Below are positions 10,012-20,761 of a stretch of 64,000 nt of DNA, one piece after another. Source of the DNA: an uncultured virus (IMG/VR IMGVR_UViG_3300042559_001081) (Duplodnaviria > Heunggongvirae > Uroviricota > Caudoviricetes). The stretch is taken from IMG/VR virus record IMGVR_UViG_3300042559_001081, positions 62,001 to 126,000 of that record. One strand, 5' to 3'. The stretch's first letter is position 1. Each line of letters begins with the position of its first letter. The position numbers were made by a program, and so were the translations under genes. A model generated the notes under the pieces. The model was not told where the DNA came from. It was given only the letters and a program-made list of their open reading frames with translations, and did not search any database.

Positions 10012-10024
10012 CTTAGTACTTTCT

Positions 10025-11263
10025 TTAATATGCGTTGTTAAACCAATGGTCAGGTGGATTATTTAATAATAAATTATCAAAATCTTTATTAAATTTTTTG
10101 TATGTTATACCCGACTTTATATTAGCTAGTCTATTCATAACAACATTATAATTATGAGTTGTTTCAGGAATAGTTTTGTAAATAATTTTTTTAAATTCGT
10201 TGTCGGACATTCTGTTAAGATGATCTACTTGGTTATGAATATGATAAATTCTTTCCCACGCTGTATTTAGTGTATCGTATGATTCATCAAAAACATTAGA
10301 AAATGTCTTAAACCCATGTTGACGTGTACGAGATAAATGATTTTCTGTTGCATATACAAAAAATGGATGTCTATACATCATAGATTTATAAGTTTTTTCT
10401 GTACATTGAAAATGAGATGAGATGTCATAGTTGTTTGTTTCTACTAATAAACTCATAGCAGAATTTATAAATGCATCTTGAAGTGTATTAGAAATAAATT
10501 GTTGCCCTGGCGGTATTTCTTTAGACTCATTTTCTAAGAGACACGGCATAGATCTTACAATTTCTGTTTTTTCGTCGTTCCAGTATTCGTTTAATTCATT
10601 TCCCCAGATAGGATTTTTTGCAGATATATCAGCTATGCTATTTTTAAAAATAGTATCAATTTCTTCTAAAGAATAGTATTGGCGAGGTTCTATTCTATTA
10701 TCAGCATATATATTTTTAACATTAAAAAATGAATAATAAGAATTGTTTAATATTCCTCGGCGTCGTAAATCAACAAATGATACAAGTCTTGTGTTATGCC
10801 AATTTCTACTTAAAAATAGAAAACGTTTTTTAAATTTTTTAGTTAAAAATTCATGTAATACAATTAGTAAAGGTCCCGGTACTATAGCAAAATTTATGTT
10901 TGTTTTTATTATACTTTTTATTAAATCTACATCATGCTCAGAATGAGCCATTACTAGTATCTTTTCTTCAGAAATTTGATTTATTTCTATCCATTTTTTT
11001 AATTTTTCAATAGTGTAAATTGACGTGCCATCAGAGAAATTTACTAAAAATAATGCATTTAATTTTTTAAATCTTTCGTCATTAAACAACGAATCATTGG
11101 CTACTTTATGTTCTTCTAAATAAACAACCTTTTTTAAAGAACTCGAATCTTTAACAAATTTTTTAAAATCGTATATTATTTCTACTTTTTCCATGTCAAA
11201 GTGTCGCTGAAACGGAGGAGTTGCCTCCGAAGCTAACACTGTATAGAATAAGTATTCTTTCAT
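10025..11263 (-). CDS. Putative glycosyltransferase-like protein (GT10/GT-B-like C-terminal motif), paralog 1
   Basis: VET...TEKTYK...HPF...GFKTF...DESYD motif shared with three other genes here. Confidence 0.5.
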   Translation of the reverse strand: MKEYLFYTVLASEATPPFQRHFDMEKVEIIYDFKKFVKDSSSLKKVVYLEEHKVANDSLFNDERFKKLNALFLVNFSDGTSIYTIEKLKKWIEINQISEEKILVMAHSEHDVDLIKSIIKTNINFAIVPGPLLIVLHEFLTKKFKKRFLFLSRNWHNTRLVSFVDLRRRGILNNSYYSFFNVKNIYADNRIEPRQYYSLEEIDTIFKNSIADISAKNPIWGNELNEYWNDEKTEIVRSMPCLLENESKEIPPGQQFISNTLQDAFINSAMSLLVETNNYDISSHFQCTEKTYKSMMYRHPFFVYATENHLSRTRQHGFKTFSNVFDESYDTLNTAWERIYHIHNQVDHLNRMSDNEFKKIIYKTIPETTHNYNVVMNRLANIKSGITYKKFNKDFDNLLLNNPPDHWFNNAY

Positions 11264-12435
11264 TTTCTTGTATTTCCATAATGTATTGTATAATAATTAT
11301 TGCACGGTGCAATATGTCTCCATGGATCTATCACTGTGCAACCTTCGGGCCACAATATGTTTTCAACCCATTCTTCCCAATACCCGATTAAATAAACATC
11401 TGCGATAGGAAAAATAGTATCTCCTGTGTTTGGATCATAATACTGCACTGTACCACCGTGCTTTTCAATATAATGTCCTGTTAACATACTCGACGAGCCT
11501 ATAGTATAAGAAACTCCCGGTTTATAAGCTTTGCCTACAATGCATACATTGTTTCCAACAGTTAAACAACGTTTAGCTATATTTTCTGCTTGAATCTCTC
11601 TTGCTGTCATAATAGAATCAAAAAGATCATAACCTAAATCAAGTTTTTCAGCAAGATATCTAAGAGCAATGTTGTCTCTAGGATGACAAGCACCTCCGTC
11701 GCCCATTCCTGCTTTCATATATCCAGGGCCCATAATCCTGCGTGTTGACTTTGTTAATGCATCTGTGACTATATCTACATTGATGTTACCGTTGCGTTCA
11801 GCAACATCCTGTATCATATTAACTAACCCTAATTTTGCAGAAATAAAAGTATTATAAAAAATCTTAATACTTTCTGCTTCATCCCATGTTCCTACTTCAT
11901 ATCTAGGATTATTTTCCATTATAGGTTTATAAAATTCAATTAATTCTTGTGCGTCAGTTGTTAGACTGCCATCTTTGGTACCGATAATAACCATTTCAGG
12001 ATTTATCATATCCCATTTTACAGTACCCATTGCTATTAAATACGGATTATATATAAATCTTGCATTGTTTATTAAATCTATAAAATGCGTTCTAACAGTT
12101 CCTGGTAAAACTGTGCTTATTAACACTACTAGTTGAGATTTGTTAACATATCTATTAACTTCTGTTAATACTTCTTTAACTATAGTATAGTCAAAGTCTT
12201 TATTAGGTAAATGACTAGTCGGAGTTTCGCCGCCGTATTCAGATTCATGCGGGGTAGGAACAGCAATAAAAATTATATCACGATCTGCAACTGCTTCTTT
12301 AATAGTCGATGCCATATTGAAATTTTTAGGAGATCTTGTTTCAATGTCATATCCTATTACATTGTAAAATTCGGCTATTACTTCGGCACAATCTTGTCCG
12401 AGCTTGCCACATCCTATCATTGCTACGTTCTTCAT
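11260..12435 (-). CDS. ugd: UDP-glucose/GDP-mannose 6-dehydrogenase family
   Basis: GCGKLG Rossmann motif, IAVPTP, STVLPGT, AESIKIFYN, GGACHPRD catalytic Cys, AYKPG. Confidence 0.9.
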   Translation of the reverse strand: MKNVAMIGCGKLGQDCAEVIAEFYNVIGYDIETRSPKNFNMASTIKEAVADRDIIFIAVPTPHESEYGGETPTSHLPNKDFDYTIVKEVLTEVNRYVNKSQLVVLISTVLPGTVRTHFIDLINNARFIYNPYLIAMGTVKWDMINPEMVIIGTKDGSLTTDAQELIEFYKPIMENNPRYEVGTWDEAESIKIFYNTFISAKLGLVNMIQDVAERNGNINVDIVTDALTKSTRRIMGPGYMKAGMGDGGACHPRDNIALRYLAEKLDLGYDLFDSIMTAREIQAENIAKRCLTVGNNVCIVGKAYKPGVSYTIGSSSMLTGHYIEKHGGTVQYYDPNTGDTIFPIADVYLIGYWEEWVENILWPEGCTVIDPWRHIAPCNNYYTIHYGNTRK

Positions 12436-14495
12436 TTTTGTTCCTCGTTTATGTTAGTGTTTAAAATACAAAAATACTTGTTTAATCTTCCGTGATCAGT
12501 AAGTGGTGCCGGTTGAATTTTTTTGAGACAGTTTTTTATTTCACTAGGTATAAAACTTCTATCGTTAATTATTTTTAGAAAATTTCGATAATTAAATTCT
12601 ATTTTTGGTTTTAACAAATCATATACTTCTCTGAAGTTAGTTATTTTACTAACTGTTTCTATATTTTTTACATATAAATGAGCACGCTCATCTATATCAG
12701 CTACATCATCGAAGGTATAATCTATTATTTCGTCGTACAAAACAAATCCTAACTTTTGTAAATACTTATTAAAATGCATCGACGAAAGTGTTACAAACGG
12801 TTTTTCTAAAATAATAGGCGTTATAGTTTTTTCACTAATCATTATTGTTTCATGTGAGCATTCTGTAACAAAATCAAATAAACTTTCGTGGTACTGATGC
12901 GGAAGTAAAAACGAGTCAAGTTTTGTATCAAAATCGTCATCAATTTTTTTAACAGTATTATCAAAATATTTAAATTCAAAATTAGAATTTTCTTTTAAAA
13001 AGTTATGCCAAGTTACAATTCCTTTATCAAATAAATTATATTTCGAAATGTAATCTATTGTATAGCATCGATGTAAGTGCCCACGATTATTAAAACACAC
13101 AAACGGATACAAAAAATTCTTATTGTTTTTTAATTCTTTTATATTACGAGGTTTTAATACTGATAAAGTATAATTAAACCAATATGTAGGATAATGTTTT
13201 AATTTAAAATTTTTAATGCCAAAACTATTTACTAGATCTGTAAGATATTTGGATTCAGGTGCACCTGTAATCCAAATAACACTAACATTATAGGAATTTA
13301 CTACGTCAACAAATTCTTTAGTAACCCAAGGGTGCCATTCGTTTTCTCCATAGATCGTAACTAATTCAGGTTTTGTATTTTTAATACTTTGAATTAAATT
13401 GTCATAGTTAAAGTTATGCCACAAGTCTGCTTCGAGCTCGTAAACTTTGTGTTTATAGTGATCTATATTAATATTATAAATTTTAAACTTAGAAAAAAAC
13501 TCTAAAAGTTCTCTGTTATATTCGCTTACTTGAGTTTGTTTTTTAAGATTAATATTAACAAATGTTTTTACAATCTTAGGAACATAGTTGTCTGATTTTG
13601 TTATATCCAATGCTAGACTTTTATTGTAATCAATTTTCTCTTTTATTTTATTATATAAGTCATTCAAGTTATTTTTTTGATCAATAACGTTAGTTACATT
13701 TACCATTAACTTTTGTATGCGTTTTTCAACATCGGGTTCTGAATCGAACGAATAATCAAAAATTTCGTCATATAGTTTAAATCCTAGATCTTCAAGATTT
13801 TTATGATAGTACTGAGACCCAAGAGTTAATGTAGGTAATCCACATAAGATAGGATTAGCAGTTTTTTCAGACAAAAGAAATGTATCAGTAGTAGTTTCTG
13901 TTGGAATATGCAAAAAAGATTCCAAAAAAGTTTTATTAAAATGATAACTAGAAAAATGATTTTCAAACCCGTCTCCGGATAGTAATATCTCCCCTGTATA
14001 ATATTTCCAATTTTCTTTTAACTCGTTATTAGGAATTTGCTGGTACGATACTATGCCTTTATCAAGATAGTTATTTTTTGCTAATTCATCTATCCATTGT
14101 GTTCTATGAAGTCGAGTACGACCATTAAACGTTAAAAAAGGATTTACAAAATTAAATTTGTAATTTTCAATATTATTAAAAAGATCATTATTTTTTTCAA
14201 GTTCTTTAGCAGTTTTTAAAAACCAAAACGTCGGCCATGTAATAACTTTTTTTATTAAATCCTTATTAATTCCGGTCTTAAGTACATTAGAAAAAAGCCA
14301 TTTTTTGTCTTTTACACAAACTACAACAGTTATTGTAATTAAATTTTCATTGATATAATCAACTATTTTTTTTGTTAGATTTAATTCATATTCGTGCATA
14401 TAAAAAAAATTTATATGTTTTAAATTTTTTATTTTTATATAGTTGTATAATTCGTCATCGACAAATTCCCATGCATAAATTGTATTATCGATCAT
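12432..14495 (-). CDS. Putative glycosyltransferase-like protein with two tandem copies of the GT10-like domain
   Basis: Two copies: TET...SEKTANPI...GFKLYDEIFDYSFD and VTE...SEKTITPI...GFVLYDEIIDYTFD. Confidence 0.55.
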   Translation of the reverse strand: MIDNTIYAWEFVDDELYNYIKIKNLKHINFFYMHEYELNLTKKIVDYINENLITITVVVCVKDKKWLFSNVLKTGINKDLIKKVITWPTFWFLKTAKELEKNNDLFNNIENYKFNFVNPFLTFNGRTRLHRTQWIDELAKNNYLDKGIVSYQQIPNNELKENWKYYTGEILLSGDGFENHFSSYHFNKTFLESFLHIPTETTTDTFLLSEKTANPILCGLPTLTLGSQYYHKNLEDLGFKLYDEIFDYSFDSEPDVEKRIQKLMVNVTNVIDQKNNLNDLYNKIKEKIDYNKSLALDITKSDNYVPKIVKTFVNINLKKQTQVSEYNRELLEFFSKFKIYNINIDHYKHKVYELEADLWHNFNYDNLIQSIKNTKPELVTIYGENEWHPWVTKEFVDVVNSYNVSVIWITGAPESKYLTDLVNSFGIKNFKLKHYPTYWFNYTLSVLKPRNIKELKNNKNFLYPFVCFNNRGHLHRCYTIDYISKYNLFDKGIVTWHNFLKENSNFEFKYFDNTVKKIDDDFDTKLDSFLLPHQYHESLFDFVTECSHETIMISEKTITPIILEKPFVTLSSMHFNKYLQKLGFVLYDEIIDYTFDDVADIDERAHLYVKNIETVSKITNFREVYDLLKPKIEFNYRNFLKIINDRSFIPSEIKNCLKKIQPAPLTDHGRLNKYFCILNTNINEEQK

Positions 14496-16410
14496 TTACT
14501 TTTGTTATCCACGATTTTCCAAAATTTCGCCGTCTAGCAAAAAATATTTGTTCACAAAACTTTTGTAGACTAATATCTTTATCCTCAGGAAAATCAAATT
14601 TGTATCTTACTTTATTTTTTAAAATTTCGTTAGATTGTATGTATCCTATAAAGTCAAAGTCAAAATTTAAAATCTTTGGATAGTGTGTTGTTTGAGAATA
14701 GTCAATAATATAATTTCTTTGCAATTGTATTAATTGATCCGAGAGTTCTTTATCTAAGTCGAAATTTTCTTTTAAAAATTTATCTATTAAATCAAATACA
14801 TGTTGACTTTTATTTTCGCTATGAATATTAATTATGGTACTGTGAATCAAATTCCAACCATGTATTTCAATTCCTTGAATAGGAACATGATTTATTAAAC
14901 CGTAATCTGACCAATTTTTATAATGTTTTCTAATTCTATTAATTTCAGAATTAAGCCAAGGATCTTGTTTTATATAATCAAAAAGCTTTTCATAAAAATC
15001 TTCGTACAAAACATTTGAATGCTTATAAAGAAATCTGCTAATATAATTAGTTATACCGTTGATGTGAAAGGTATTCATAAACCAACTAAAAACTTGAGCA
15101 TCTAGCATTGTTTCTATTGGTAAATCTTTAGTAGAAATTACAACTTCTACTCCTTCTTTTAATTCATTTTCATTATATGTTCCAACAAGATAATCGTAAA
15201 CAATTCTACCTTTTAAATTGTACTCTTCTCTTTGTACCAGATTCATTTCAGCATTTTCAAGAAGCTGTGCTTGATAGATTGTTATTCCTGTGTGATTTCC
15301 TGCTCTATATAGTTTATAAAAGTTGTCTTTCCAAGATTTTAGTGTTTCGCCAGGTAGGCCTAGAATTAATTCTGTGTACAGAGGAATGTTGCTTTCTTCG
15401 CAAAGTTCAAAAACTTCTTCAATTTTGTTTGTATCGAGATTTTTTCTTTTTATGATTTCAAGAACATTTTCATCCATAGTTTGTACACTTAGATTTAACC
15501 CTATCTTAGCACCGCCATCATAGATTAATTTTTTAACAATATCAACTATTTCTTTTTTTTGATTTTTTGCCCAGCTTATTGTATAAGCTTTTGGATTATT
15601 ATAGGTTTTTTGAACTTCTATTAATTTGTCGGCTATTAACGAATCTCTGTCTGGAAATATTCCAAAATTGGCATCGGTTATACTAACAAAATCGCATCGA
15701 TTTTCGCCGATCCATTCGAGCTCCTTGTAAACCCTTTCAAGGTCAAACTTTTTAACTTTGTTGTATGTTAAACTACCCCAGTCACAGAATGTACAAGCAT
15801 ACGGACAGCCTCTATTAGTTTCTAAAGTTGCGTTCCATGTTATCTCAGGATACTTTTTCATTAAGTTGTCAAATATCCCAATTAAATAAGGACTAGGAAT
15901 TTCGTCTAATTCATTTATTCTTAAACTCGGCCCTGTGTCAATTGTTTTATTATCAACATTAACTAAGAGTCCTGGTATTTTTAATATTTCTTCTTTGCTG
16001 CTAGCTTCTAACAACTTCTTAAAAGATATTTCGCCTTCTTGTTTAAAACAAACGTCAATATAAGGATAAATTTCAAAAAAATTAGGATTTTCAATTGACG
16101 GTTCAGGCCCGCCGAACAATATCATTATATCAGGATTTATTTTTTTTAGTTCTCTTGCTAAAACATTATTATAGCTTTTATTCCATATATAAGTGCTAAA
16201 TCCTACTATAGAAGAATCTTTTAACTGTTCAACTGCTTCTTCTATAGGGTCTCTTCTCCAAATAAAGTCACCCAAGTAATAATTATTTTTTATACTTTCA
16301 AATTGTTGTGCATATGCCCATACAACCGCAGGACTGTATGGAAGATAATATGCATTAAATTCCTTAGGACCTTGCTGAAAGTTCGGGCTTACAAAACTTA
16401 CTTTTTTCAT
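14485..16410 (-). CDS. Cobalamin-dependent (class B) radical SAM enzyme
   Basis: N-terminal B12-binding domain (GFSTYIWN...FGGPE...GEISF), ETNRGCPYACTFCDWG, ITDANFG, ELILGLPGET. Confidence 0.92.
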   Translation of the reverse strand: MKKVSFVSPNFQQGPKEFNAYYLPYSPAVVWAYAQQFESIKNNYYLGDFIWRRDPIEEAVEQLKDSSIVGFSTYIWNKSYNNVLARELKKINPDIMILFGGPEPSIENPNFFEIYPYIDVCFKQEGEISFKKLLEASSKEEILKIPGLLVNVDNKTIDTGPSLRINELDEIPSPYLIGIFDNLMKKYPEITWNATLETNRGCPYACTFCDWGSLTYNKVKKFDLERVYKELEWIGENRCDFVSITDANFGIFPDRDSLIADKLIEVQKTYNNPKAYTISWAKNQKKEIVDIVKKLIYDGGAKIGLNLSVQTMDENVLEIIKRKNLDTNKIEEVFELCEESNIPLYTELILGLPGETLKSWKDNFYKLYRAGNHTGITIYQAQLLENAEMNLVQREEYNLKGRIVYDYLVGTYNENELKEGVEVVISTKDLPIETMLDAQVFSWFMNTFHINGITNYISRFLYKHSNVLYEDFYEKLFDYIKQDPWLNSEINRIRKHYKNWSDYGLINHVPIQGIEIHGWNLIHSTIINIHSENKSQHVFDLIDKFLKENFDLDKELSDQLIQLQRNYIIDYSQTTHYPKILNFDFDFIGYIQSNEILKNKVRYKFDFPEDKDISLQKFCEQIFFARRRNFGKSWITKVNDR

Positions 16411-17669
16411 CGTTGTTTATATTTTCCTGAAAATATTTCTTCTACAGTATTAAACAATCTTTTGTGAGATTCATATACATAATCATGTTGCATATAATTT
16501 AGTTGATTTTGTTTTACCATTTTTAATGATTCTCTAATAAAAGACTCTTTGTGTTTTCTACTTGTATTTACCCACTTGGTCAACGACTCATGTGCTGCAT
16601 AAAATCTATCAACTGGACTTTGAATATCATCATACGATTGATCTAACCCAGGAAAGTCTGTTTGATAGCCCATACTTCTTAATTCTTTTAAAATATTGTA
16701 TTGTCCTAGAATTATAAACGGATGACCGGCAACAATCGGTTTAAATGTTTTTTCAGTAATAAACATTCCCGGTTGTTGAAATGCTGTTTCTGTTACAAAA
16801 CTTAATAAACTATTTTTATAAATAGAATGATTAAAAATTGTTTCGTTGTTAAAGTCTGGATTTTCTACTGTAAAATCTTTGTCAACAATTAACGGTAAGT
16901 TTTTTGTTAACGTATTTTTATATTGATCATCATCTATATTTAACACTGTACTCGGAGGTACTTGAGTACTATTAGGATCATTACGATAATTACCGCTTAC
17001 TAATCCATGTTGTGCAAGATTTTTTGTAATCAAATAATACAAATGATCAATTCTATGATTTCTAGCTGTTCTATTTAAACTATTAAAGTCTTTTGAGTCC
17101 GATGACTTTAAAGCATCAAGTATCAATGGTTGCTTTGGAATGCGATCTTGAAAATAGAAAAATCCTGTTAAAAAGTATACATGTGCAACACTTTGTTTCT
17201 GTCTATTATTAATACACCATTGCTCGTATTGACTTGAGAACCATGAATTATTGTCTACTAATATCACGCTGTATCTAGGAAGATGTAAATTTTTTATTGC
17301 CTCATGAAGTTCAAAAAATCCATCAACTAATCCGTTAATTGTTTCTCTAATTAAAGGAAACCCTTCTGACTGATTGTCAATGACTATAAGAACTTTTCCT
17401 TTTCTAGCTGCCTGAATAACGTCTAAAGGTATTTCATATAATACATGTCTAGGAGGACCGTAGCGTTCTTTTCCAGACCAAGTTTCAGCATAACATCTTA
17501 CACTAACAAGATATATACCCGGATTATCGTATTCATTTGTTTCTGCAATTTCAAAACCTGCTTGCTTAAAAGAATGAAATGCGTTAGTATTGTCAAACGT
17601 AAGAGGGTGCGGTCCATCTGATAATTCATGCAAGTTGCTATGATTTAGGTCGTCGACATAGAATCTCAT
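16407..17669 (-). CDS. Putative glycosyltransferase-like protein, paralog 3
   Basis: SLNRTARNHR, VTET...TEKTFKPIVAGHPFIILG...DQSYD. Confidence 0.5.
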   Translation of the reverse strand: MRFYVDDLNHSNLHELSDGPHPLTFDNTNAFHSFKQAGFEIAETNEYDNPGIYLVSVRCYAETWSGKERYGPPRHVLYEIPLDVIQAARKGKVLIVIDNQSEGFPLIRETINGLVDGFFELHEAIKNLHLPRYSVILVDNNSWFSSQYEQWCINNRQKQSVAHVYFLTGFFYFQDRIPKQPLILDALKSSDSKDFNSLNRTARNHRIDHLYYLITKNLAQHGLVSGNYRNDPNSTQVPPSTVLNIDDDQYKNTLTKNLPLIVDKDFTVENPDFNNETIFNHSIYKNSLLSFVTETAFQQPGMFITEKTFKPIVAGHPFIILGQYNILKELRSMGYQTDFPGLDQSYDDIQSPVDRFYAAHESLTKWVNTSRKHKESFIRESLKMVKQNQLNYMQHDYVYESHKRLFNTVEEIFSGKYKQR

Positions 17670-18631
17670 TATTTACTTTTTTCTATTTGTTCAAGTATCC
17701 ACTTGTAAGTTTTTAACAATCCGTTTTCTAAATTATCCGGAGGAGACCAATTTAGTTGTTCTTTGATTAACTGATTATGACTTGTTCTTCCTGCTACTCC
17801 TATAGGACCGTCAACGTTTTTTATTTGTATATTTTTGTTTGTTAGTCTTCCTACTAGCATTGCTAACTCGTTAATGGAAATCATTCTTTCGCTACCTAAG
17901 TTTAAAGGAAGACTGTAATCTCCGTCTACAATTTTTTTAATTCCAACAATACATTCATCTATATACAAATAACTACGAGTTTGTGTTCCTGGGCCCCATA
18001 CTTCGATCTCTCCTGTTTCTGTTTCAGCAACTTTTCTACATATTGCAGCAGGAGACTTTTCTTTGCCACCAGTCCAAGAACTTTCTGGACCAAAGACATT
18101 ATGAAATCTTGCTATTCGAACACGTATTCCATAGTTTTTAGCAAATGACAAAAACAAACGCTCACTAAACAACTTTTCCCAGCCGTATTCGGAATCAGGA
18201 TTTGCAGGATATGCACTGTCTTCACTTAAAAGAGGATTGGACGGATCTGCTTGATTATGTTCAGGATACATGCAGGCACTGCTAGAATAAAAAATTCTGT
18301 TAACTCCCTTTTCTACCATTTCTCTAAGTATATTAAGATTAATTATAGAACTATTATACATAATATTTGCATCGTTGTCGCCTGTAAATATGTATCCAGC
18401 ACCACCCATATCGGCTGCAAGTTGATAAATTTCATATAAATCGCTTGTAACTATCTTACTTACATGTTCTTGATTTCTTAAATCAGCTATATGAAATTCG
18501 TCGGCAGTTGTTTGAGAAAATTCAGGATATCTTAAATCTACTCCTATTACATAAAAACCTTGACTTTTTAAATCATTGACTAAGTGTACACCGATAAACC
18601 CGCCTGCACCGCAGACTAAAACTTTTTTCAT
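17669..18631 (-). CDS. NAD-dependent NDP-sugar epimerase (GDP-mannose 3,5-epimerase-like SDR)
   Basis: GAGGFIG, LAADMGGAGYI, SSSACMYP, YGWEK (YxxxK), RFHNVFGP. Confidence 0.9.
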   Translation of the reverse strand: MKKVLVCGAGGFIGVHLVNDLKSQGFYVIGVDLRYPEFSQTTADEFHIADLRNQEHVSKIVTSDLYEIYQLAADMGGAGYIFTGDNDANIMYNSSIINLNILREMVEKGVNRIFYSSSACMYPEHNQADPSNPLLSEDSAYPANPDSEYGWEKLFSERLFLSFAKNYGIRVRIARFHNVFGPESSWTGGKEKSPAAICRKVAETETGEIEVWGPGTQTRSYLYIDECIVGIKKIVDGDYSLPLNLGSERMISINELAMLVGRLTNKNIQIKNVDGPIGVAGRTSHNQLIKEQLNWSPPDNLENGLLKTYKWILEQIEKSK

Positions 18632-19926
18632 ATATTTGCACCGTACTTTTCTACAAAGTTATTTAATTCAATAGGTTTTAAATTTGCAAGATTTTTGAAA
18701 TTATATTCTCTTATTTCTTTCGTTCTTGCATAAAATGTGTGTAATTCCATAGGACTCCATTTTGAAATAGTTCTACAGAGCGAAATTATCTTTTTCATTC
18801 TTTTTTTAGGGTCTGATTCATTATCGTAGCCTTCATCCCAGAAATCCGAAAACGTTTGAAATCCTAATTTTCTTAAAGATTCTAAAGTTTTTGCTGGACC
18901 AACAATAATAAAAGGTTGTTTAAAAATTATAGGTTTAATAGTTTTTTCAGTCATATGTATGATGTTATTCTCAAAGTTAGTTTCAGAAACTATACTTATA
19001 TAAGTTTTATCATACCAACTTATTGTGTCCTCAAGTCGATCTTCCATAGGAAATCTTGAAAAGTCGTGAGTATCTAAAACATAGGGCAACGAATCGTACA
19101 CTTGGTATAACTCGTCAATCTTTAATCTTATATCGTATTCTGCTACTGCCCGTTGTGCGTCGTGAATCCAATGTTCCACTGGAACATCTCTTGAAAAACT
19201 CATATGTGTACGTTTTAGCAAATCATGCTCAAAAAACTTTAATAATAAAATGTATCTATGCAATCTGTGACGTCTATTGAAATTTAGAAATAATTTTTCT
19301 TTTTTAACATTTGCATCTGTTCTCTTTGAGAATACAGGATCTTTGCATACCACACGTTGCTGCAAGACATATAATCCTGCATATTCACAGTTTATTCTTT
19401 CTTCGATACAATATTTATTGCAATATTTTTCATAAATTTCTTGTGAATTTGCACAATTATTTAAGTATATTACTTTATTCAAAGGTATTTGATTTTCTTT
19501 AAAATAATCATGTATACTTTTAAAAGTTGCATTATCAACAAAGCTTTCATATTTGTTAGAAAGTAAAATAAAACCATTCCTATTTCTTACAGCATCTAAA
19601 ACAGTTTGGCTTACAGGAGTTGTTTGAAAAACACCCAAGTGACTGTTTAATGTAATTTCTGTAAAAAACTTTCTAGGAGAAAGTAATATTTCATACATAA
19701 ATGGAGTGTCTCCAAGACTTTCAACGTCGTACGAAGGAACAAATCTACATTTAACATAATCTTTTATTAACATCGAAATCGGATCTTGCTCATCTGTTAC
19801 AGAATTGCTGTCCCATCTTAAATACGGCAATCGTTTTATTAAATCATACAGGTCCGGTACCTTGTAGTTATTCAACGGACCTTCTGGTCCTATCCAGTCA
19901 TATACAAAAACCAGTTCTTTATTCAT
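18628..19926 (-). CDS. Putative glycosyltransferase-like protein, paralog 4
   Basis: FNRRHRLHR, VSET...TEKTIKPIIFKQPFIIVG...GFQTFSDFWDEGYD; start codon uncertain (19926-19944). Confidence 0.5.
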   Translation of the reverse strand: MNKELVFVYDWIGPEGPLNNYKVPDLYDLIKRLPYLRWDSNSVTDEQDPISMLIKDYVKCRFVPSYDVESLGDTPFMYEILLSPRKFFTEITLNSHLGVFQTTPVSQTVLDAVRNRNGFILLSNKYESFVDNATFKSIHDYFKENQIPLNKVIYLNNCANSQEIYEKYCNKYCIEERINCEYAGLYVLQQRVVCKDPVFSKRTDANVKKEKLFLNFNRRHRLHRYILLLKFFEHDLLKRTHMSFSRDVPVEHWIHDAQRAVAEYDIRLKIDELYQVYDSLPYVLDTHDFSRFPMEDRLEDTISWYDKTYISIVSETNFENNIIHMTEKTIKPIIFKQPFIIVGPAKTLESLRKLGFQTFSDFWDEGYDNESDPKKRMKKIISLCRTISKWSPMELHTFYARTKEIREYNFKNLANLKPIELNNFVEKYGANI

Positions 19927-20761
19927 AGTCATTCCTACAGTCAAGTGCTTTTTTAAAATTTAATAATTTTTGATTTGTTGAAAGTCTTTTTTCTAACATA
20001 ATTAAATTAATCTGTGTTTGAAAGTCAAAATTTGTCATTACTTCGTCGACATATTCTTCCATTTTTACAATATTTAAATCTAATATTTTTAAAGATACTA
20101 TTTCTTTAATATACATTAGTGTGTAATTTGTTAATGGGTGATCGTCGTGATAGTGTTGCATTTTTTTATCATTGTCTACATAGTAACAATTTTTTATTGG
20201 CATTTTTTTACTACGAAAAAAAACCGTCATTGTTTTACTATCAATAAAATGATTTTTATATAATGAGAGCTTTTTAATTAACGAATTATAAAAATAAGAA
20301 AGAGTTGTATCTATAAACAATTTTGAAATTTCGTTAGAATAAACCATACTATCAGGAGACATAAACATAAAATACCATTTACAACCTGTATTTTCTAATA
20401 AATTTATTAAATTAACCATATACGTTAGTGTTTTTATTATTGAAGTTTTATCTGAAATTAAAAAATCTAATTTAGCTTTTGTTAACTGTTCAGATGTTAA
20501 ACTTCCTAAACACACCCAATCTCCATTTTCATTGATGTAATCAGTTCTGTTTGGTTCTGTCCACTGTATTATTACCGTATCAGTATTTTTTACTTTATTA
20601 CTGAGTAATACGTTGGTTGCTTTGTGAAATATATAAAAATTTCCACATCCTGGATTTCCATAATTTTTTGTCACATTGTAACTTTGTGCCACAATGTCTG
20701 GCCACATCGGCCACGAATATTGAGCAAAACTGCATCCAAACGTATATAGGTTACCCTGCAT
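19919..20761 (-). CDS. SGNH-like protein
   Basis: FGCSFAQ, GNPGCGN, IIQWT, DDHP. Confidence 0.6.
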   Translation of the reverse strand: MQGNLYTFGCSFAQYSWPMWPDIVAQSYNVTKNYGNPGCGNFYIFHKATNVLLSNKVKNTDTVIIQWTEPNRTDYINENGDWVCLGSLTSEQLTKAKLDFLISDKTSIIKTLTYMVNLINLLENTGCKWYFMFMSPDSMVYSNEISKLFIDTTLSYFYNSLIKKLSLYKNHFIDSKTMTVFFRSKKMPIKNCYYVDNDKKMQHYHDDHPLTNYTLMYIKEIVSLKILDLNIVKMEEYVDEVMTNFDFQTQINLIMLEKRLSTNQKLLNFKKALDCRNDYE

